Part shown: piece by piece, positions 1 to 8,564 of the stretch | How positions within the stretch are numbered: the stretch's first letter is position 1 | How the letters are laid out: each line of letters begins with the position of its first letter | Assembly: GCA_022841325.1 (NCBI GenBank) | Contig: JALHRS010000016.1 | Location: 9,094 to 73,093, forward strand | DNA from: Lysobacterales bacterium | GTDB taxonomy: Bacteria; Pseudomonadota; Gammaproteobacteria; Xanthomonadales; SZUA-5 | DNA: 64,000 bases | Direction: 5' to 3' | The notes under the pieces: model-generated | Databases searched by the model: none | Told to the model about the DNA's origin: nothing | What the model saw: the letters and a program-made list of their open reading frames with translations, nothing else | Position numbers and translations under genes: made by a program

Positions 1-64
1 GAGTCCGGAATCGCTCCGGGCTCGGCTCTGGCGGATGACCTTGTTGCGATTGCCGGATCGCGGG

Positions 65-2461
65 CTATTCGAAGCCGTTGGCGAATACCGTGGCAGGCAC
101 GCTGGTGCACAGCCCCGGTACCTGGACGTGGCTGACCAGCACATCGTCCACCCACCAGCCCTGACCTGCCACGCTGCCGTCAGTGGAGAAGCGCCAGCGC
201 AGCTGGATGGTGCCGCTGAAGGCCGACAGGTCGAAGGTGGCTGGATTCCAGCTCAGATCGCTGCCGGTGTAGGCCGGTTGGCTGTTGGGGAAGCCACAGG
301 CGTCGCTGCTGTTGGAGTTGTTCATCGCGGCCGGATAGCCGCCGACTGGACTGATCACCTGCCAGTTGCTGCCGCCGTCGATCGAGATTTCCACCAGGCC
401 TGCGTCCCAACCACTCTCGATGTCGTAACGGGTCTGGAAACTGAGGGCTGCGTTCTGGCCAGGAGTGATGGTCAGGGCCGGGCTGTACATGGCCAGGCAG
501 GCGCCGTTCGGGTAGGTGGAGTAGTAACTGCGGGCGCCGCTGTTGAAGACATCGCTGACCACTTCCCAACCGACATGACGCTGGGCGCCGGTGATGTTGA
601 GGATGGGCTGGCCCAGCTCCGCCCCGCTGGCGAACTGGCCGTCACCGAGCGGCCCGAAGGCGCTGCTGCTGAGGAACACCGGGTTGTTGTCGCCGCTGCC
701 ATTGCTGGCGTCCACGGCCTGTACGCGATAGGCATAGGGCGTGTTGTAGGCGGCGGTGGTGTCGGCAAAGCCCAGACCGCCGAGGCCGCTGGCCAGCGTG
801 CTCGATTGGGCAGGGTTGAACTCGGTGCCGGCGGAACGCTGCACGGTAAAACTCACCGGTCCCGCGCAGCGGGCATTGGCGGCAGGCCAGCTGAGGTCAA
901 TTGCGCAGCTGGCGTTGCCACTCGACTGGGCGCTGGCCACACCGGCGAAACTGGGAGGTGCGGTGCACAGCCCGGTGGTCTGGGCCGCCTGGCAGGTCGA
1001 GAATTCGGACACGCAGCGTTGGTCGGCGCTACGCTGGCGCACGCGATAGCCATAGCTGATGCCGCCCGAGACCGGCGTGTCGATCAGGCTGTTGCTGCTC
1101 AGGCCCTGGGCAATCTGGGTTTCCGGACCGCCGCAACCATCGATGGACCGGTACACCTCGAAGCTGGCGCCGGCTTCGCCCGGAGCCCAGTTCAGCGCGA
1201 TCTGCTGATCGCCTGCCGGCACGGCGCTGAGCCCGGTGATGGCATTCGGCCCGCTGCACAGATTCGGCCGGAGCACGAACAAGCCATTGCTGATGTCGCT
1301 GAGGATGACCGTGCCGCTGGCGAAGAAGGGGTAGACGCTCCAGGCGCCACTGGTACCGGATGCGTTGCTCTCGGGATGGGTGTCGAAGAACGCGGCTTCG
1401 GTGATCGTGCCGCCGTCGATCTGCGCCAGATCGAGGATGCGCAGCCCCGAGAGATAGTTGGACAGGTAGGCGTAGCGGCCCTTGATGTAGAGATTGTGGT
1501 CGGTGGCCGCCACGGCCGCGGTGTAGGTCATGTGCAGCCGCGGCGCGTCCAGATCACTGACGTCGAACACATAGGTGCGGGTGTTGTGGCCGAAATCGAT
1601 CTCGTCGATCTCGTCGTTGACCAGAAAATAGCGTGCGTCGTCGGTGAGCCAGCCCTGATGGGTATAGGAGCTGCCGCTATAGCTGGTGCGCGAGATCTGC
1701 ACCGGCGCATTCTTGTTGGTGACATCGACGATGGTGACCGTGTCTTCGTTGGCGGCGAGGCAGATTTCGCGGCCGATGTAGTTGGCATCCGGGCCCAGGT
1801 AATTCACGCACTGGGCATCGTGGGTATAGCCATCGCTGCCGAAACAGCCGGCGAAGGTGGGCGTCAGCGGTGCGCGGATGTCGATGGCATGCAGCCCGGC
1901 GCTGCATTGCTGCACGCCCTGGCGTGACCCCACGGCATAGGCAAAGCCCGAATCGGTATTGATGACGATGTTGTGGGCGCGCCCGAACTGGTTGTAATGG
2001 GCGTTAGCGGTGAAGGTGGTGGGTGGGCTGGCGACATTGCGCAGGCGGCGCAGATCAAAGACCTGCATGCCGTGGCCGGTCGCCTCGGAAACGATGAAGG
2101 CGTAATAGCCGCGGGTCTTGATGTCGCGCCAGGACGAGTTGCCGCTGTGGGTGGGCAGCACGCCCAGGCGGATCGGAAATTCAGGATCGCTGACGTCCAC
2201 GAAAGCCGTGCCGTTGTTGAGGCCCATCAGGGCGTATTCCTTGCCCGTGTCCGGATCGGTCCAGCCCCAGCTGTCGTTGCCGGCGCTGCCACCCAGTTGG
2301 GCCAGTGTGAGATGAGCCGCCAGATTGACGTTGGAGCAGGGATAGCCTTCTGCCAGGCCCGCGACGCAGGGCGTGGCGTGCGCGGGAACCACCGCTTGTG
2401 GCGCGGCCTGGACGGGACTGATCAACACAGCAGTCAGCAGCAATAAAAACCATCGGTTCAA
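65..2461 (-). CDS. secreted multidomain protein: LVIVD-repeat/choice-of-anchor-B-like N-terminal half, two Fn3-like modules, C-terminal MAM/jelly-roll-like domain
   Basis: 798-aa ORF with a signal peptide (MNRWFLLLLTAVLISPVQA). Two roughly 90-aa Fn3-like segments (..IALNWAPGE..YGYRVRQ and ..IDLSWPAAN..YAYRVQAVD). Domain names come from recall of family patterns, not a search. Confidence 0.6.
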   Translation of the reverse strand: MNRWFLLLLTAVLISPVQAAPQAVVPAHATPCVAGLAEGYPCSNVNLAAHLTLAQLGGSAGNDSWGWTDPDTGKEYALMGLNNGTAFVDVSDPEFPIRLGVLPTHSGNSSWRDIKTRGYYAFIVSEATGHGMQVFDLRRLRNVASPPTTFTANAHYNQFGRAHNIVINTDSGFAYAVGSRQGVQQCSAGLHAIDIRAPLTPTFAGCFGSDGYTHDAQCVNYLGPDANYIGREICLAANEDTVTIVDVTNKNAPVQISRTSYSGSSYTHQGWLTDDARYFLVNDEIDEIDFGHNTRTYVFDVSDLDAPRLHMTYTAAVAATDHNLYIKGRYAYLSNYLSGLRILDLAQIDGGTITEAAFFDTHPESNASGTSGAWSVYPFFASGTVILSDISNGLFVLRPNLCSGPNAITGLSAVPAGDQQIALNWAPGEAGASFEVYRSIDGCGGPETQIAQGLSSNSLIDTPVSGGISYGYRVRQRSADQRCVSEFSTCQAAQTTGLCTAPPSFAGVASAQSSGNASCAIDLSWPAANARCAGPVSFTVQRSAGTEFNPAQSSTLASGLGGLGFADTTAAYNTPYAYRVQAVDASNGSGDNNPVFLSSSAFGPLGDGQFASGAELGQPILNITGAQRHVGWEVVSDVFNSGARSYYSTYPNGACLAMYSPALTITPGQNAALSFQTRYDIESGWDAGLVEISIDGGSNWQVISPVGGYPAAMNNSNSSDACGFPNSQPAYTGSDLSWNPATFDLSAFSGTIQLRWRFSTDGSVAGQGWWVDDVLVSHVQVPGLCTSVPATVFANGFE

Positions 2462-2609
2462 GGCGGCGTCTCGCGAAAACGGGCACGGTGCAAGGGTAAC
2501 GCAAGCGGCTCCTCACAGGTGTGATCGGGGCAGCGGCTTCCAGCGTGTCTGGTGAGTCCGTGCTTGTGCCAACCGCGCCTCGCGGCCATCCTCTGGCTCC
2601 ATCACGGTC

Positions 2610-2969
2610 ATGGAGCACAGCCGCATGAGCGCACTGGTGATGTTCGATGTCGAGAGCCTGCGGCCGGAGCTGGGCGCGCCGCCGCCTGAGCGGATCATTG
2701 CCGGCGACCCTCGATTCACGACCTGGAATTTCGATGAGGCAGCGGGCGGACTGTACGCGGGTATCTGGGAATCCACGCCCGGCCACTGGCGCATCCATTA
2801 CGACGAATGGGAGTTCTGTCAGATTCTTTCCGGCGAATCGGTGCTGCATGAAGACGGTGCCGGATCCATCCACCTGAAGGCCGGCGACAGCTTCGTGATC
2901 CGCCCGGGATTTCGCGGCAGCTGGGAAGTGCGGGTGACCACGCGCAAGACCTATGTCATACGGGTGTGA
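2610..2969 (+). CDS. small cupin-domain protein (DUF861/EutQ-like)
   Basis: 119-aa ORF with a cupin barrel pattern (GIWESTPGHW..EWEFCQILSGESVL..KAGDSFVIRPGFRGSWEV..RKTYVI). Confidence 0.6.
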   Translation: MEHSRMSALVMFDVESLRPELGAPPPERIIAGDPRFTTWNFDEAAGGLYAGIWESTPGHWRIHYDEWEFCQILSGESVLHEDGAGSIHLKAGDSFVIRPGFRGSWEVRVTTRKTYVIRV

Positions 2970-3016
2970 GAGGCTTGCATGAGGGCACGAGGGCGCGCAG
3001 CGATGAAACACGCCGG

Positions 3017-3100
3017 CGTCATTGCGAGGAACGAAGTGACGAAGCAATCCAGGGATTTGCAGCGCGGCATCTGGATTGCTTCGCTGCGCTCGCAATGACG
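3017..3100. repeat. family R MITE-like palindromic element (CGTCATTGCGA...GCAATCC / GGATTGC...TCGCAATGACG)
   Basis: An 84-bp element with terminal inverted repeats. It produces spurious RHCEERSDEAIQ/LAMT peptides in the ORF track. Confidence 0.8.
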
Positions 3101-3215
3101 CCGAATTCCGGCGTTCAATTCCACCGCGGATCCACCATTGGCCTTTGCACTTTCGTGCACTCCGGCCCTCCCGCCCTCGTGCGCCTAGTGCCTTTCCCCA
3201 CCATTCCGAGCCGCC

Positions 3216-4178
3216 ATGAACCAGCCCAGACACAAGAAGTACCGAGCGCTGATCGATTACTGCAGCGATCTCACCGCCGAACCCTGCGCCATCGTCCATC
3301 CCTGCAACAGCAGCTCGCTGATCGGCGCGGTACGCGCCGGTGAGCTCAATCTGATCGTGCCGATACTGGTGGGCCCGAGACAGCGCATCGAGGCGCTGGC
3401 CCGTGAGGCCGATCTGGACATCAGCCAGCTGCAGCTGATCGACACCCCGCACAGCCATGCCTCGGCGGCCAAGGCTGCCGAGCTGGTGCGCGAAGGTCAG
3501 GCGCGGATGCTGATGAAGGGCAGCCTGCACACCAACGAGTTGCTGGAGGTGGTGGTCTCGCGGGACGGCGGCTTGCGTACCGAGCGCCGGATCAGCCATT
3601 GCTTCGTCATGGACGTGCCGGTGCTGGATCGGGTGGTCATCATTTCCGACGCCGCGGTCAACATCTTCCCGACGCTGGCCGAGAAGGTCGACATCGTCCA
3701 GAACGCCATCGATCTGGCGCACGCGCTCGGCAATCGCGAGCCGCTGGTGGCGATCCTGTCGGCGACCGAATCGGTCAACCCCAAGATCCAGTCGACGCTG
3801 GATGCCGCCGCCCTGTGCAAGATGGCCGATCGCGGCCAGATCACCGGCGGCCTGCTGGATGGGCCGCTGGCACTGGACAATGCCGTCAATCTCAATGCGG
3901 CCCGGATCAAGGAGATCGATTCGCCGGTGGCCGGTCGCGCCGACATCCTGATCGCGCCGGATCTGGAAGCGGGCAACATGCTGGCCAAGAGCCTGAGCTT
4001 CATGGCCGATGCCGATGCCGCCGGTATTGTCGTTGGTGCCCGTGTGCCGATCATCCTGACCAGTCGCGCCGACAGCCTGGAAACACGCCTGGCCTCTTCG
4101 GCCATTGCCGCGTTGGTGACGCGCTACCGGCAGCTGCAGCTGGCGAAGGCCGTCCAGGGCGACTCGGCAAGGGGTTGA
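3216..4178 (+). CDS. pta: phosphate acetyl/butyryl transferase (PTA_PTB family)
   Basis: 320-aa ORF with PTA_PTB-like motifs (MLMKGSLHT, ISDAAVNIFP, GPLALDNAV, ADILIAPDLEAGNML). It ends 7 nt before ackA. Confidence 0.8.
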   Translation: MNQPRHKKYRALIDYCSDLTAEPCAIVHPCNSSSLIGAVRAGELNLIVPILVGPRQRIEALAREADLDISQLQLIDTPHSHASAAKAAELVREGQARMLMKGSLHTNELLEVVVSRDGGLRTERRISHCFVMDVPVLDRVVIISDAAVNIFPTLAEKVDIVQNAIDLAHALGNREPLVAILSATESVNPKIQSTLDAAALCKMADRGQITGGLLDGPLALDNAVNLNAARIKEIDSPVAGRADILIAPDLEAGNMLAKSLSFMADADAAGIVVGARVPIILTSRADSLETRLASSAIAALVTRYRQLQLAKAVQGDSARG

Positions 4179-4184
4179 GCGCGC

Positions 4185-5363
4185 ATGGATGGCCATATCC
4201 TGGTGCTGAACGCGGGTTCCTCCAGCCTCAAGTTCGGGCTCTATGACGCGTCAGCGACCCGGCCTGCTCTGCGTCTGCGCGGACAGATCAGTTCGCTGTC
4301 GCGGCAGCCGCAGTTCAGGGTACGTGATGCCGAGGGCCGCAGCCGCTGCGAGCGCTCGCTGGACGCACCGTGCGGACTGTCGCAGGCAGCGGCGCTGGAC
4401 CTGGTGCTGGACTGGCTGACCGAAGCGGCCGGTGAGCAAGCCATCGCTGCCGTCGGCCATCGGGTGGTGCATGGCGGCATGGCCCATGCCGATCCGGTCC
4501 TGCTGACCCCTGCCGTGATCGCTGAGCTGGGCACGCTGGTGCCGCTGGCGCCACTGCATCAGCCGCACAATCTGGCCGCCATCGCCCGCGTCGCCGAGCG
4601 CTATCCCCCGCTGCCGCAGGTGGCCAGCTTCGATACCGCCTTCCACCGCAGCAACAGCGAACTGGTGCAGCGCTACGCACTGCCGGAGGCGCTGCATCAG
4701 GCTGGGGTGCGCCGTTATGGCTTTCACGGTCTGTCCTATGCCTACATCGCCGGCGTCTTGAAGGATCACGACCGGCGCGCCGCCGAAGGCCGGACCATCG
4801 TGCTGCATCTGGGCTCGGGTGCCAGTCTGTGCGCGCTCCAGGGCGGCGTCAGCGTCGCCAGCAGCATGGGCTTCAGTGCGCTCGATGGCATACCGATGGC
4901 CAGCCGCTGCGGCGCGCTGGATCCCGGCGTGATCCTGTATCTGCTGCAGGAACGCGGCATGAGTGCCGATCAGGTGCAGGAACTGCTCTACCAGCAGTCA
5001 GGCTTGCTCGGTCTGTCGGGCATTTCCGGCGATCTGCAACGGTTGAGCGAGTCTTCGGCTGCCGAGGCCAGACTGGCCATCGACGTGTTTGTCTATCGCA
5101 TCATCCGCGAGATCGGTTCGCTGGCCGTAGCACTGGGCGGACTTGATGCGCTGGTGTTCACCGCCGGCATCGGCGAGCACTCGGCGTCGGTGCGGGCCCG
5201 GATCTGCGAGGGGCTGGGCTGGCTGGGCATGCGTCTGGACGTCGCCGCCAACGCCCGGCATGCGTCGCCGATCAGCGCCGTCGACAGCCAGCTGCTGGCC
5301 CTGGTGATCGCCACCGACGAGGAAAGCGTCATTGCGGCCGACACCGCACGGGTGCTGGGTTGA
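4185..5363 (+). CDS. ackA: acetate kinase
   Basis: Motifs LVLNAGSSSLKF, HRVVHGG, FDTAFH, RYGFHGLSY, LHLGSGAS and TAGIGEHS. Confidence 0.9.
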   Translation: MDGHILVLNAGSSSLKFGLYDASATRPALRLRGQISSLSRQPQFRVRDAEGRSRCERSLDAPCGLSQAAALDLVLDWLTEAAGEQAIAAVGHRVVHGGMAHADPVLLTPAVIAELGTLVPLAPLHQPHNLAAIARVAERYPPLPQVASFDTAFHRSNSELVQRYALPEALHQAGVRRYGFHGLSYAYIAGVLKDHDRRAAEGRTIVLHLGSGASLCALQGGVSVASSMGFSALDGIPMASRCGALDPGVILYLLQERGMSADQVQELLYQQSGLLGLSGISGDLQRLSESSAAEARLAIDVFVYRIIREIGSLAVALGGLDALVFTAGIGEHSASVRARICEGLGWLGMRLDVAANARHASPISAVDSQLLALVIATDEESVIAADTARVLG

Positions 5364-5487
5364 GTCGATGGCTGGCGCTGGATCAGCGCGTGCCCAGCAC
5401 GGACATGAACTTCGTCGCATGGCTTCGGCTGCGAATGCAGCTCTGAAGGTCAGCGTGATCTAATCCAGGGCGGTTCCAAAACGAAGA

Positions 5488-6147
5488 ATGCCGGCCGTGG
5501 AGCGCAAGGATACGGAAATCGCAGCCCGCCAGGCGCTGCTCGATGCCACCCGCGATTTGCTGGGCGCGGGGCTCAACGGCGGCATGGCCGGCAATCTCAG
5601 TCTGCGTCATGGTGACGGCATGCTGATCACGCCGAGCGGCATACATCCGCGGGCCATGCGCACCGAGCAGATGCCCCTGGTGTCCGCCGACGGTCGCTTC
5701 GAAGGGCCGTGCCAGCCGTCGAGCGAATGGAGATTTCATCTGGACCTGTACCTGGCGCGGCCCGAGGTCGGGGCTGTCGTTCACACTCACGCGCCCTACG
5801 CCACGGCGCTGGCCTGTCAGCGCCGCGAGATTCCGCCTTTTCATTACACCGTCGCCCGCTTTGGCGGTGACCAGGTGCGCTGCGCCGGCTACGCCACTTT
5901 CGGCACCGCGGAACTGTCGCAGGCGATCCTTGCCGCCATGGACGGGCGCAGCGCCTGTCTGATGGCCAATCATGGTGCGCTGGTGATCGGTCGGACGCTC
6001 ACGGAGGCCATGGATCGGGCAACTGAACTGGAGCAGCTCTGCCAGATCTACTGGCATGCCCTGCAGGGCGGTAAGCCGGTATTGCTGGACGCCGAGCAGA
6101 TGCGACAGGTGCACCAGCGCTACCGGAGCTATGGTCAGCCGCGATAG
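5488..6147 (+). CDS. class II aldolase/adducin-family protein (FucA-like)
   Basis: 219-aa ORF with the GNLSLR, ITPSG, VVHTHAPYATAL and MANHGALV pattern. Confidence 0.8.
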   Translation: MPAVERKDTEIAARQALLDATRDLLGAGLNGGMAGNLSLRHGDGMLITPSGIHPRAMRTEQMPLVSADGRFEGPCQPSSEWRFHLDLYLARPEVGAVVHTHAPYATALACQRREIPPFHYTVARFGGDQVRCAGYATFGTAELSQAILAAMDGRSACLMANHGALVIGRTLTEAMDRATELEQLCQIYWHALQGGKPVLLDAEQMRQVHQRYRSYGQPR

Positions 6148-6223
6148 TGGCAATACGGTTCAAGGATCATTGGGAGCTGCCTGTGTCGGCCCGACAATGC
6201 ACATGGGCCATGAACCCGGTGTC

Positions 6224-6342
6224 GTAGGAGCGACCTCGCGGCGCGACCGTCGAGGCAACGGTCGTGCTCTGAGGCAGATCGTGGCCAGAAGCCGGACGCA
6301 GAGGACGCAAAGGAAAAGCAGAGAGAACGCGAAGAAGAGCGG
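6224..6342. repeat. family U/V repeat block (GTAGGAGCGACCTCGCG.. plus ..GACGCAGAGGACGCAAAGGAAAAGCAGAGAGAACGC)
   Basis: Related copies lie at 28171-28226 and 58879-58986. Confidence 0.65.
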
Positions 6343-6423
6343 TCCGATGACAGGGATGCTCGGAATCGGCTGTCATGACCCGTCAGTGTGTCCGCCCGGC
6401 GCGGTCCGCGAACCACACACCAG

Positions 6424-6548
6424 CGTCATTGCGACCCCGGCCTTGATCCAGGGGAAGCAATCAAGACGCAAAGTCGCAAGCTCTTGGATTGCTTCGTCGC
6501 TTCGCTCCTCGCAATGACGCATCAATAACTTGCGGTATGGGTTCATGG
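6424..6548. repeat. family R element (long variant) fused to a family T module
   Basis: R occupies 6424-6519, followed directly by T (catcaataacttgcggtatgggttcatgg, 6520-6548). Confidence 0.8.
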
Positions 6549-6697
6549 CGAGCGGTGCAGGTAGGGCTTGGGCCGTGCCCAACTGGCTTGCTCTTCGAGC
6601 AGTACTGTTCCAGTGCCGCATACGACCCATGGCACTGTACGTTTCGTCGCTTGCGCGCCACCATCCGGGCGCAGCGAAACCTGGAGTGAAAGGACTC

Positions 6698-7804
6698 ATG
6701 CGCCTTATCTGGATTGCCCTGTTGGTGGCCTTTGGCATCGGCCTGGCTTGGTGGTGGGCCCAGGGCGAAACGCCCCAGACAACGCCGGGTGCAATCGCGG
6801 GCGACAAACATCAGCAGGCGCCCAAGACTGATTTGGCCCCGACGGCAGGGCAAGCTGATTCTGCCGTTCAGCCTGAGCGGCAGCGTGCCAGCGCCGGACC
6901 CGCCAACGAAGCCTTGACCCCTGCCGCCGCAGCGGTACCGGAGAGTCACAGCCTGCCGGCGCTCGGGCTGCCCTTGCGCGAAACCGCCGCGGAATTGCTG
7001 GCGGCCAGCCGCGCCGGTAGTTTGCCTGCCACCCGGCGCCTGCTGCAGGAGCTGAGCGACTGCCAGCGCCAGCGTTGGGCCAGCATGCGCATGGACATGA
7101 TGATTGCCTTCGAGGACTCGCCGCGCGCGCACCAGCGCGGCAGCGAACGCTTCAGGAAAGCGATGTCCTCGGCCGCGGAAACCGTGGCCGATCTGGCCGA
7201 GCAGTGCGCCGAGTTGCCCAGTGATTACGACGAGGCGATCCTGTTCGAAGTACAACGGCGCGCTGCGGACGCCGGCGATCTGGCGGGTCAGCTGGCCTTC
7301 GCTCTGGTGCCGGCGCTGTCTCTGGGCAAGTCGCTGCAGCAGTTGGACCGGCTCGAGGTCTACAAGGCCCGCGCTCCGCAGGCTTTGCAGGCGGCGCTGG
7401 AGCAGGGCAGCGGCCAGGCCGTGGCCGGTTTCATGGATGCCTACGAGTACGTGTTCGAAGGCTGGCGCGGCCGACCGGCCGAGGGCACCGCCATGCAGAC
7501 CCAGGCGATCAAGAAGATGATGGAAGCGGTGCGGCCGTTGACCCCGATTCAGCAGGTGCTGGGCGAAGACCTGGCGGCCGCCCATCGCTACGCGTTGCTG
7601 TGCAAACGCGTTTGCAATGGTACCGATCAGGCCCGTGCCGAAGAGGCCATCGCGCGTCAGACCGTGGCGCTGGACCCGGCTCAGCGTCGCCAGGCGCGCG
7701 ACGAGGCCGCCGAACTCTATGACCGCTATTTCCACGCCCAGGCACGCCCGGACGATATCGATCTGGAAGCCATGCGCGATGCAGTTCTGGGCTTCAGGCG
7801 CTAG
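6698..7804 (+). CDS. hypothetical membrane-anchored Ala-rich protein
   Basis: I moved the start from the ORF-track start to the ATG at 6698 (MRLIWIALLVAFGIGLAWWWA, an N-terminal TM helix; GGAG lies 12 nt upstream). The region upstream of 6698 is repeat sequence. No family recognised. Confidence 0.5.
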   Translation: MRLIWIALLVAFGIGLAWWWAQGETPQTTPGAIAGDKHQQAPKTDLAPTAGQADSAVQPERQRASAGPANEALTPAAAAVPESHSLPALGLPLRETAAELLAASRAGSLPATRRLLQELSDCQRQRWASMRMDMMIAFEDSPRAHQRGSERFRKAMSSAAETVADLAEQCAELPSDYDEAILFEVQRRAADAGDLAGQLAFALVPALSLGKSLQQLDRLEVYKARAPQALQAALEQGSGQAVAGFMDAYEYVFEGWRGRPAEGTAMQTQAIKKMMEAVRPLTPIQQVLGEDLAAAHRYALLCKRVCNGTDQARAEEAIARQTVALDPAQRRQARDEAAELYDRYFHAQARPDDIDLEAMRDAVLGFRR

Positions 7805-7822
7805 CGTTCACCGCGGCGAGTC

Positions 7823-7911
7823 GTAGGTCACGTTGGCCGCGCAGCGGGCTACGTGACGGGAGTTTGCGTTGTCCCATTGTCACGTAGTCCCTTTGGGACA
7901 ACGTGACCTAC
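7823..7911. repeat. nested palindrome (outer arms GTAGGTCACGTTG/CAACGTGACCTAC, inner arms CTACGTGAC/GTCACGTAG)
   Basis: Perfect 13-bp outer and 9-bp inner inverted repeats, read directly. Lies between convergent ORFs, so it may act as a terminator. Confidence 0.7.
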
Positions 7912-8063
7912 CAAAGCTGGGAGCGGCGGTCTTCGAGGAGCAGCGCCAGCAAACTTGCCGCGATGACCTGTTCGGCATGGACCAGCGCAATCTCGCGCTT
8001 GCGAATGAAATCGGTGTAGCCGCTGATACCGGCGATCACCAGTACGGCCTGAGTCAAACGCAT
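7908..8063 (-). pseudogene. 51-codon ORF resembling the N-terminus of DUF2652-type proteins; possible truncated remnant
   Basis: My own translation is MRLTQAVLVIAGISGYTDFIRKREIALVHAEQVIAASLLALLLEDRRSQLW*. The ..IAxISGYTxF....E..HA.... pattern is recalled from DUF2652 N-termini. The stop codon lies inside the nested palindrome at 7823-7911. Below the ORF-track size cutoff. Confidence 0.25.
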
Positions 8064-8081
8064 GGCGCGCTCCCTGCTGGA

Positions 8082-8564
8082 CTACCAGACGGCCTGGACG
8101 TTGTCGGGTACGGCGTCCCAGCGCCGGCCGTAGACATGCACCGCCTGCGTGGGCTGCCCCTGGAGATCGACCAGTTCGCCGCCGGCAGCCAGCCAGGCCA
8201 GGATGCCGCCGCGCAGATTGACGGCGTCGTAACCGAGCTGGCGCAGTTTGCGGGCGGCAATGCCGCTGCGCAGGCCGACGGTGCAATAGACCACGACGCG
8301 ACTGCCGGCCGGAATCGAGTTGGTGTCGAAGATCGCGCCGGGCATGACCGAGACTTCGCGTTCGGCCTTGCTGCGTACATCCAGCAACAACGGCTGCGGG
8401 TGGGTACGGCGTAGCTGCTCCACCAGCATGACCGGTACATCGGCCACCTGCGGCTCGATCGCCTGCACCAAGGCCTCAACCCGTTGCTTCAGCGCCAGAT
8501 TGGCTGCGGTCTGGGCCGGACCGACTGTCAGCGCCAACGCCAGTCCCAAGGCTGTCGCGATCAC
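8082..8564 (-). CDS. exported rhodanese-domain sulfurtransferase
   Basis: Signal-peptide-like N-terminus (IATALGLALALTVGPAQTA). Rhodanese active-site loop VVVYCTVGLRSG (CX4R). The GTG start overlaps the upstream stop (GTGA), with GGAG 7 nt upstream. Confidence 0.8.
   Translation of the reverse strand: MIATALGLALALTVGPAQTAANLALKQRVEALVQAIEPQVADVPVMLVEQLRRTHPQPLLLDVRSKAEREVSVMPGAIFDTNSIPAGSRVVVYCTVGLRSGIAARKLRQLGYDAVNLRGGILAWLAAGGELVDLQGQPTQAVHVYGRRWDAVPDNVQAVW

Noticed and set aside
2181-4196. Very long ORFs antisense to, or out of frame with, recognised genes. Examples: 35-1927(+), 2181-4196(-), 6461-7735(-), 9898-11577(+), 17330-19501(-), 23227-24987(+), 28492-30360(-), 33712-35703(-), 47761-48837(+), 53344-54357(-) and 59191-60321(-).
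   Set aside because: The translations are Arg/Gly/Ala/His/Pro-rich with no recognisable motifs, as expected for stop-poor alternative frames in GC-rich DNA. The overlapping frame encodes a protein with clear family motifs in each case.
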